Source: Selaginella moellendorffii (lineage: Eukaryota; Plantae; Lycopodiophyta). Taken from it: a DNA stretch of 12,462 nucleotides. Both the position numbers and the translations under genes were made by a program. The stretch lies in NCBI RefSeq assembly GCF_000143415.4, contig NW_003314564.1, positions 1 through 12,462 on the forward strand, given 5' to 3'. Within the stretch, counting starts at the first letter, position 1, and each line of letters begins with the position of its first letter. The notes under the pieces are model-generated. The model was not told the DNA's origin. It made no database searches and worked only from the letters and a program-made list of their open reading frames with translations. Of this stretch, positions 1 to 7,800 are shown piece after piece.

Positions 1-212
1 GTCTCAGACTCAATCTTGGACCCGATCTTGGACTTGACTTCGGACTCGATCTCGGACTCGGTCTTGAACCCAATTTCAGATCCCAAACTTTGTCTCGAGC
101 TCAATCTTGAACTCAATCTCCGAGTCGGCCTCGGACTCGATCCTGGACTCTATCTCGAACTCGGTCTCAGAGTCGGTCTTGGACTCGATCTCAGACTTGG
201 TCCCATCCGATG
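1..212 (-). repeat. Degenerate 12-bp/6-bp minisatellite (CTCGGACTCGAT-type), reverse complement of the array at 3006-3409; truncated by window edge
   Basis: Repeated CTCGGA/CTCAGA/CTTGGA hexamers in 12-bp phase seen directly. Confidence 0.9.
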
Positions 213-285
213 AACTCTTTGTCATTTCGGTCATGTTTTCGGGGATCCTTTAGCCTACGACACTTCGGGGAGTTGGTTCCTTACA
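1..285 (-). mobile_element. Fragment of minisatellite-bearing repeat family 'B' (probable LTR-type sequence)
   Basis: Reverse complement of 240-285 (AACTCCCCGAAGTGTCGTAGG) resembles 2926-2947 (AACTCCCAACGAAGTGCTCGAGG) at a similar distance upstream of the minisatellite; minus strand begins TGTAAG at 285. Confidence 0.45.
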
Positions 286-343
286 GAAAGAAAGTGGAGT
301 TCTAAAGTAAAGGGGAAATTATGTGGGAAACTTGACAAAACAA

Positions 344-458
344 TTAAACATAGAACAAGAGGAGACAAAAGTGGAATAAAGAAAAGTAAAAAATGAAATA
401 AAGAGAAGAGAAGAAAAAAATAAAAAATAAAGGAAAAATTAAAAAAAGATGGAAACAA
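344..458. repeat. A/purine-rich low-complexity tract
   Basis: Runs such as AAGAAAAAAATAAAAAATAAAGGAAAAATT seen directly. Confidence 0.7.
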
Positions 459-1054
459 GTAATAGAACCATTTACCTAGACTCTAACTTAAAGCATCCTT
501 ACCTCTAGAAAGTACCTCAAATATAACCTAATTGCTCTTAAAGTTCAAAGGGAATGAAGTGATAGAATTAAATGTGTTACTCGAGAATGGGAACTGTAAT
601 AATAATGGAAGATAGTGGCCTAACAAGTGAATGGTGAAAGATATTAATAGCTGACTATAATGGATTATTAGTGGAGGAGATCTAACAGCTTATGAATATT
701 ATCAAAGTGGTTAGTAGTGAAAAAGGCTTGTAACCTTCACAAGCATTTACTAGAATCACTATATTCTATGGCATAAGTACATATATGATGACTAATTTCC
801 CAACTAAGTTGAGTAGAGATTGATAAAGAATTCAACAATACCAACCTCCTATAATGCACTCTATCTATCTCCCCTTAAACCAATTAAAAAGGGGTAATTT
901 CTTGATGAGAGAGCTACCCTTATTTATCCTTTAGGGTTCCAAAGATTTATGGTGATAGTATATTTAAATCTTATCCCATAATCATATGTGCTGCACCTTC
1001 TGTTTTTATGGCAGTAAGGAAAAAATATCTAAAAGGATTAGCTAATAAATAACT

Positions 1055-1327
1055 TTCAATACCCCCAATCACATTTATGACACTACTATAGTTTTAGAAC
1101 CTCCCACAACCCTTGTTAGGGATGATTGCTTTGGGCTTTCACCCCATGATCTGTATTAGTATTTGAACTTAGTCTCAGACTCGAGTTTGGACTTGATCTC
1201 AAACATAGTCTTGGACCTGATCTCGGATCTCAAACTCAGTCTCGAACTTGATTTCGGAATCTATCTCGAACTTGATCTTGGACTCTATCTTGAACTTTAT
1301 CTCGGACTTTATCTCAAACTCAGTCTC
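1055..1327 (-). mobile_element. Decayed inverted copy of family-B segment (minisatellite 1163-1327 plus core module), cut at 1327 by the old LTR
   Basis: Reverse complement reads ...AATACTAATACAG..GGGGTGAAAGCCCAAAGCAAT..CCCT..GGTTCTAAAACTATAGTAG, matching 3409-3500; CTCGGA-type array adjoins it. Confidence 0.8.
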
Positions 1328-2109
1328 TGTAGCATATGTAGTTTTTACCCTTTATCCTATGGTGATTTACTATAGGATAACCATGAAGCGAAACCTAAAC
1401 CCTTCATATATCACGTGTTATATGCCATGTGCCACATGCCACATGTCTAAAGGACAATGGAGTGGAACATGACTTTCAAGGCCTTGGGCCACTGAATGAA
1501 GGAATATAGTCAAACTTTTAAGCATGGAGCCAAGGAGTGAAGGAACCAATATATAGAGTGACTCTTAAGTGTACAATCCAAGGAGTGAAAGGACAGGAGC
1601 ACGGAGTAATTTGGAATAGTCTTAGAGCATCCAGCATCCCAATGCTAGAACCAACATGCAAAACAGAGCTAAACATAATTTAGCACTATATTAACATACT
1701 AATAGCTTAATGCAAGGATATGGGTACTCCACCAACTATCATGGTATGAAATTTAGGCTTAAACCCAAATTGGATATAGAACAAAGATAAACATGCAAAT
1801 GAGAGCGAAACTATACCTCAAGTTAGTCAACCATGCCCAACCTACCCACTATCTCTACTATACATTTGGAACCCTTTACAGCCCTTGCTCCCCCCCCCCT
1901 TGCCCTGAGGAATATATGCTTTGGGCTTTCACCCTTAGCCATCCTTAGTACCAAAAACTCAAAGTTTATTAAATATGGAATAGTGCTAAGTTGAGAGTTT
2001 GGACACAAGACGAACACTATTGTGTTCAAAACAATCTTTACATTCCATAAATATGCCAAATTAGTAAATCTAGCCACTTTCCATAAATAGCAATTAAGAA
2101 TAAATGCAA

Positions 2110-2546
2110 CTAATACAAAAAGTGCATGATAGTGAGGGTGTTTGGCAGATATAGTAAGCTATCATTTAGCGAATATTGAGGGACTAAACTCAATACGCAA
2201 GGACTTAGCTATCATTTAGCGAATATTGAGGGACTAAACTCAATACGCAAGGACTTTTGCAAGGTAGTACAAGACAGAGCAAAAGAGAACTAAGAGTTAG
2301 GCCGAGTATCCTCAGCAAGAAATACATAGGAGTTCCTACCTTATATTCATCTAGCTAATACAAAGTGTATGATAGCAAGGGTGTTTGGCAGACATGGTAA
2401 ACTATCATTTAATGAATATTGAGGGACCAAGTTCAATATGCGAGGGTTTTTGTCAAGGTAGTATAAGATATAGCAAAAGAGGACTAAGAGCTAAATTGAG
2501 TATCCTTAGCAAAAATATATAGGAGTTCCTACCTTATGTTCATTTA
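2110..2546. repeat. Diverged ~193-bp tandem duplication inside the old LTR (2110-2353 including 50-bp extra; 2355-2546)
   Basis: Both copies start CTAATACAAA..GTG.ATGATAG..AGGGTGTTTGGCAGA and end ATAGGAGTTCCTACCTTAT.TTCAT.TA; single copy in the young LTR. Confidence 0.9.
2157..2256. repeat. Perfect 50-bp tandem duplication (2157-2206 = 2207-2256)
   Basis: AGCTATCATTTAGCGAATATTGAGGGACTAAACTCAATACGCAAGGACTT occurs twice, identical. Confidence 0.97.
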
Positions 2547-2759
2547 ATTAAGTATAGATGTTAAGCCCACTTTACTAACACTTGAACAAAAGGGACTGAT
2601 AAAGGGCTTAGCAATACCAACCTTTTGCCGTCGTAGTAGTAACGAAAGAATATTCAAAAGAACTAACCAACAAATAACTTTTGATACCTATAGTCATATT
2701 CATGATAGGTGTGCCATAGGATGGATAATGGTGAAACTCTAAATTAATTTTCTTAGGCA

Positions 2760-3684
2760 TGTTATCTAAAGGTTTGAGTTGCAATGCTCATGTGAGATAT
2801 AAAATCCCTAGGCCCCAAGGTGGAGCCAAAAGGGTGCCACGTGGTAGTGGCTGAAGCAAAAGCCAAATGAGTGTAACACGTTTGGACTAAAAGCTCTGAC
2901 TTGAAAGGTTGAGAGCGGGAGTGGAACTCCCAACGAAGTGCTCGAGGAACAAGCACTAAGTGAGCAATAAGTGAGTCTCTAGAAAAGGGACACAAGAGGA
3001 CCAAAATGGAGTCCAAGATAGACTCGAGATGGAGTCCGAAATGGAGTTTGAGATGGACCCGAGATGAGTCTGAGATGGAGTCCTAGATGGAGTCTGAGAT
3101 GGACCCGAGATGGACCCGAGATGGAGTCTGAGATAAAGTCCGAGATGGAGTCCGAGATAGAGTCCGAGATGGAGTCCGAGATAGAGTCCAAGATGGACCC
3201 GAGATGGAGTTCGAGATGGATCCGAGATAGAGTCCGAGATGGAGTCCGAGATGGAGTCCGAGATGGACCCGAGGTGGAGTCCGAGATGGAACCAGGACCG
3301 GGACCAAGACCGAGACCGAGTCCGAGTCCGAGACCGAAACCGAGTCCGAGTCCGAGTTCGAGTCCGAGTTCGAGTCCGAGTCTGAGTCCAAGTCTGAGTT
3401 CAAGTCCGAATACTAATACAGGCAGTTGGGTGAAAGCCCAAAGCAATTGTCCCCTGGGGGGGGGGGGGACGGCTGCGGGGGGTTCCAAAAGTATAGTAGG
3501 GAGAGTGTGGGGGTTGGAGCCCAGTGGAGCCAGTTGGGCCAAGAAAGGCCAATTTGGCCCAAGAAGGCTATACCCAGGTGTTGGGTGATGGGCTGACCAT
3601 TGGGAAGTCCAAGACTAGAGTGAATACGGACCAACAAATGGGGTAGCTTAGTGAAGTGTTCAAGAGCCGGCTTTAGTTCCCCCG
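2760..3684 (+). mobile_element. Family-B repeat copy (minisatellite, core module, G13 tract) interrupted at 3684 by the family-A element; left boundary approximate
   Basis: Homologous to inverted pieces at 1-285 and 1055-1327; shares core module with LTR A. Confidence 0.6.
3006..3409 (+). repeat. Compound minisatellite: 12-bp GAGTCCGAGATG units with 10-bp GGACCCGAGAT-like variants (3006-~3290) switching to 6-bp CCGAGT/CCGAGA units (~3293-3409)
   Basis: Direct tandem periodicity. Confidence 0.95.
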
Positions 3685-3949
3685 TGTCGCGAATGTGACT
3701 TTAGGTATAAGTTACTTGTCGGCTAGTCCTTACGGACACTCTTACCTTACTGCCACGATGGCAGGAGGTCGGTATTGCTGGACCCGTTATCAGTTCCCCA
3801 CTTGAGCTAGTTGAGAAACTGGTCAATGACCGTGTACTTAGATCGGATAAACATAAGGTAGGAACCCTATGTGTTTCTTGCTGAGCATACTCGGCCTGGT
3901 TTGAGAAACTCCTGTCATTGGCTTGCACTTGCTAGTATCAAGAACCCCC

Positions 3950-3979
3950 GCGATATTGAGATTGGTCCCTCAATATCGC
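3950..3979. other. Perfect 11-bp inverted repeat / hairpin in LTR
   Basis: GCGATATTGAG-attggtcc-CTCAATATCGC. Confidence 0.85.
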
Positions 3980-4212
3980 TAGATGATAGCTTACCGTGTC
4001 TGCCAAACACCCTCGCTATCATGCCCTTTGTGTTAGTCTCATTTCGGTCCCAAATGCTATTTATGGAAAGTGTCCAGATTTGCTCATTTGGCATATCTAT
4101 GGAATGTAGAGATTGTCCTAAACACAATGGTGTTCGTCTCGTGTCCAAATTCGCAATCTAGGGACATTCCATATTTAGTAAGTTTCGAGCTTGTTCTAGA
4201 GACTAACTCTTG

Positions 4213-4303
4213 ATACTAAGGGAGGCTTGGGGTGAAAGCCCAAAGCGTGTGTTCCTCAAGGGGGGGGGGGGGGGGGCTGTGGGGGGTTCCAAATGTATAG
4301 TAG
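4213..4303 (+). promoter_or_regulatory. Conserved LTR core module (GGGTGAAAGCCCAAAGC, G17 tract, TATAGTAG); candidate promoter/RNA element
   Basis: Same motifs in the same order at 4 places in two repeat families; function inferred. Confidence 0.5.
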
Positions 4304-4697
4304 GGATAGTGGGTAGGTCGGGCATGGCCGACCAACCTGAGGCATAGTCTAGCTCCTGCTTGCGTGCCTGTCCTTGTTCTGCGTCCGGCTTGGGTCTAAG
4401 CCCAAGTTCCATTCCATGCTAGCTGGTGGAGTACCCATGTTCTCACGTTAGGCCACCGGTATGCCGAAATAGCGCCAGACTCCATTTGGCTTCGTTTTGT
4501 GTGCTGGTCCTGGCATTGGGATGCTGGTTGCTCCAGGACTGTTCCAAGTCGCTCCGGGCTCCTGTCCCTTCGCTCCTCGGGCTTTATGCTTGGGAGTTGC
4601 TCCGTGGTTCGGTTCCGTCACTCCTTGGCTCCATACTTGGGAGTTTGGCACCGTTCCTTTGTTTAGTGGCCCAAGGCCCTGAACCTCAGGTTCCTAT

Positions 4698-4735
4698 GGA
4701 CACGTGGCATGGACACGTGGCATCTGTCACGTGGC
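4698..4735 (+). promoter_or_regulatory. Cluster of three G-box/ABRE motifs (GGACACGTGGC x2, CACGTGGC)
   Basis: GGACACGTGGC at 4698-4708 and 4711-4721 match the Em1a-type ABRE; CACGTGGC at 4728-4735; further CACGTG at 4807-4812. Confidence 0.65.
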
Positions 4736-4766
4736 ACAAAGAGGGTTTAGGTTCCGTTTCGTGGTG

Positions 4767-4795
4767 TTATCCTATGGTAAATCACCATAGGATAA
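4767..4795. other. Perfect 12-bp hairpin near LTR 3' end (U5 region)
   Basis: TTATCCTATGGT-aaatc-ACCATAGGATAA; retained with 1 mismatch at 1352-1380. Confidence 0.85.
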
Positions 4796-4821
4796 AGGGT
4801 CAAAACCACGTGCGCTACATT

Positions 4822-4832
4822 TGGTATCAGAG
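4822..4832 (+). other. Primer-binding site complementary to the 3' end of initiator tRNA-Met
   Basis: TGGTATCAGAG 2 nt after the LTR-terminal CA; canonical plant PBS is TGGTATCAGAGC. Confidence 0.92.
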
Positions 4833-7800
4833 GGTAATCTCAGCGAGTACTATACAATGAGATTGGGCAACTAGTCTCGTTGCATACGCAGAGATGAAAA
4901 CGATGATCCGAGTGGGTACACGTTTGGGTGCAAAGGCTTCGCGTTCATTCCTTGGATATGGATTCGGTTACCTTGTTGTACCATATTCTGTGAGCTTGAG
5001 CTTGGGCTCACAAGAGGGATTGAGTTGTTCCGTTTGCACGAGTTTGAGCTTGGACTTGTGTGTGAGGCACATTAGCAACTCAAGGTTACACTTTGAGTTG
5101 GCAGGATTAATGTTAGCTTATTGGTGGTTCCATGAGTTGTTCCATGTACCGTGAGTGAAAGCAAACCTTCATTGGGTTTGCTATGAGTGGCAAATAGGCT
5201 AGTTCGTAGCTGTTTAGCACGACACTAGTGGATCCTTCCTAGGCATGATTATAAATGAATCAATTAAGACTGTAGGGATTAGTCTATTGATTCAAGTAGT
5301 CAGTGCCATGCTCTCTCATAAACTTTTCTTGGATTGGACTGAAGGCAGTGTGAAAGCAAGCTTGAGGTTAAGTCAAAGATGAGACCGAAAAGAGAGTCAT
5401 CAGAGACGAAGGATCAAACACGTAAATCATTTTCTCTTCTCAGAAAGATGATTTGCAACGAGGTGTGACTCATTGCTTGTGTTCACATTATGCAATCAAG
5501 AGTCCCTACCTTAATGCATGTTGGAAATGATAGTCTTACAAATGGCAAGTTGTGGGATGGATAACGGTGAAGCGTTATACCATTTTGTCTAGGCTTGCTA
5601 TTGGAAAACTTGGGTTGCAATGCTCAATTCTTTTCCGAAGAACCTTGCTATTGCTCCTTGAGTAGCTTGGTGTTGGATTAGTTTTGAATTTGGTCGGAAA
5701 GAGAGTGGCATGAGCTTGTCTGTGTTGTGAACAAAAGTTAGTGGTGTTAGGTGTTGTAAATCTCTATCGGTGGAGTGTGGCATTTATGTTGCATTTTGTC
5801 GAGTTAAGTTGACACTTGATACTCACATAAACCTTTGAAGTAATGACATGGGTGTTGCTCATGGTGTTGCTCAATTGATGATCAAATCATTGTGATACTT
5901 ATATCATATCCATGTGATAGTGAGCAATGTGTTTACGAAGTTGCTTGGTTACGATAATCAACCCCAAAGTGGTTGATGGTGATGCTAGTCTACTTGCACG
6001 AAGTAGCATTGTAGTAGCTTTGACTGAATTCTCAATAGTGATTCATTATGCTAAGCTTAAGTTGATTCTTTGTTTCCTTGAGTTTGCTCATTGAGGTGTT
6101 GGAAAGGGTTGTAGCATTCCTTTGCTATAGCTCATTAGTTGATCCGTTAACACTTGAAGTAGATTGTTGGATAGAGAAGGTGTGAGGTTGAGGCATTGAC
6201 ATTACTAGCATTTGTGTTAGTGGAAGTGGCATTGTTATTTTAAGTGATGAGGAAGTTTCCTTAGAGCTTGATTTTCCATGTCATTTTTCTTGTTAGTGTT
6301 TTAGTTTCACATTGGATCTTGAAAGTGGTTGAAGAAGAGTGTTAGTGCAATATGGATATCCGAAGATGTGGTCTTCGTGATCAAGCCTTGGATGTTCCAT
6401 TTGCATTTTACGGATGTTGGTGTTGGATGTCGAAAGAATGGGCAAAAAGATGTTCGAGGCTTAAGCATACTATGGGTCATAAGAATTTGTGTTGAGGTGA
6501 ACCTATGTGAAGTTGTTAGTAGGAGGAAATTGGTTGAGTCTTGAAAGTTTGCATTTCTAGACTGAGAGTCATTCTTTCTCTAGAATGGAAAGATTTTCCA
6601 CAAATTTTCTTAGACTTTTCCAATGGCTGATCTGTTATCACTTTATCCGAAAACCATTCCATTTTCGTAAGCCAGTACAAACTAGTGAAAGGGTTGGAGT
6701 TGACTTCAGTTGGCTTAGACCTTAGTAGGTAGTTTGTATGATGCAGCCCGAGAGGGATGCTAACTTTTGGGGCTAAAGCAATTGAGTTGGATAGAGTCTG
6801 GAGTTAGTATAGAAAAGTGGCCGTTGCACTTTTCTAGAAAGGTGACCTTTGTGCCTTTCTTTTGTAGCGTTATGCGTGGTGGCATGTTGCACTTTGCATT
6901 TCGTTAGACTCTATGAGAGTAGTGAGCTCTCACTGATCTTGACTTGGTCTTGGTGGCCCTGCGCCTTAGCTGAGGATGGTGATGTTCAACTTAGTTGTTT
7001 GAGTTTGAGATGTTGGTACCCGTACTATAGCTTTGTTTATGAGGAGGTTGTGTACCAATATGGATCCATCTCATGGTCTTCACTTTAGTTTTGACTAAGT
7101 GTTGATTATGCATAGCTAGCCTCTTCAAAGCATGCTTAGAGCTGTTGGCTAAACGTGTTTGTGAGCTTATCGCGATTGCGTTGGATTCGAGTGGTCATTT
7201 GGTTTGTGCTTGTCTATGAACTTTATCTCAGTCTGGGATATTATGTTCATGTTGGTCAAGTATATGACTTGATGACAAGAGTTTAGCGTTTAGGTCTTGT
7301 GAAGGTGAGTTGAAAGGTGATTGTTGGTTGCTTTGCGACTAGTGATCGCTTATAGACTTTGTTAAGGACTGTTAACACTTGCTTCACTCGATGATGATTT
7401 AGCAGTGATGGGTTTGCTTTACCTGATGGTGTTGCGGAGGATCGTGTCATTAGTCTTACATGGGTTTTCCATGTTGGCATGTCGACTCTACCTCTGTCGA
7501 TATCATTTGGTTGCGTTTAGTTCGTAGTGTTGGATTTCATTGAGTCTTGGGTGTGGTGATTCACTCCTTGATGAGGTGTTATCTGTAACTGAGTTTTGCT
7601 GATGATTTTGTCTCGGATATTGGGTAAAGTATCTTCGACTTTGGTTAGCTTGGTTGCAAGAGAGTTTTGAGTGGTGATTCACTCTTGCTTTCTTTTAGCT
7701 TTGTTCTGATGTTGATGGCATTGAGGTGATGCCTTGTCGTTGACATTGTTATTGTTGAGATTCAAGTGAAATAAGATGTCTATCCTAAAGATTGACATTG

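Larger units (their letters stand above)
1328..2707 (-). mobile_element. Old, mutated solo-type LTR of family 'A' (inverted homolog of 3685-4819), no TSD
   Basis: Colinear reverse-complement similarity over the whole length: 1328 TGTAGCATATGTAG vs rc(4819) TGTAGCGCACGTGG; 2693-2707 GTCATATTCATGATA vs rc(3685) GTCACATTCGCGACA. Length 1380 is about 1135 plus a 244-bp internal duplication. No PBS or PPT adjacent. Confidence 0.9.
3685..4819 (+). mobile_element. 5' LTR (1135 bp) of Ty3/Gypsy-type retroelement, family A
   Basis: TG...CA ends with imperfect terminal inverted repeat (TGTCGCGAATGTG vs rc end TGTAGCGCACGTG, 10/13). Both ends coincide with the homology limits of the second copy; PBS follows after 2 nt. 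Confidence 0.93.

Noticed and set aside
255-458. 67-aa Phe/Leu-rich ORF that looks like a membrane peptide
   Set aside because: Product of the A-rich low-complexity tract
3006-3409. CRISPR-like array
   Set aside because: Contiguous tandem units without unique spacers, eukaryotic context, no cas genes
2979-3588. Overlapping 187-, 174- and 106-aa ORFs (also 16..213 and 1163..1375)
   Set aside because: They are translations of the 6/12-bp minisatellite, open on both strands and in several frames, with no domain similarity
3881-3912. Hammerhead ribozyme (retrozyme-like) core in the LTR; also CTGATGA at 7599
   Set aside because: 3881 reads CTGAGCA rather than CTGANGA and the other copy lacks GAAA; no stem II/GAAA after 7599. 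Checked by eye only
4230-4241. GGGTGAAAGCCC resembles a large-subunit rRNA hairpin
   Set aside because: Only ~12 nt match; the flanks are LTR sequence, not rRNA
4426-4860. 144-aa ORF crossing the LTR end and PBS
   Set aside because: GTG start, lies in GC-rich LTR, no recognisable motifs, not preserved in the second copy
5851-5873. 12-bp tandem duplication GGTGTTGCTCAT
   Set aside because: Real, but an ordinary slippage event in decayed sequence
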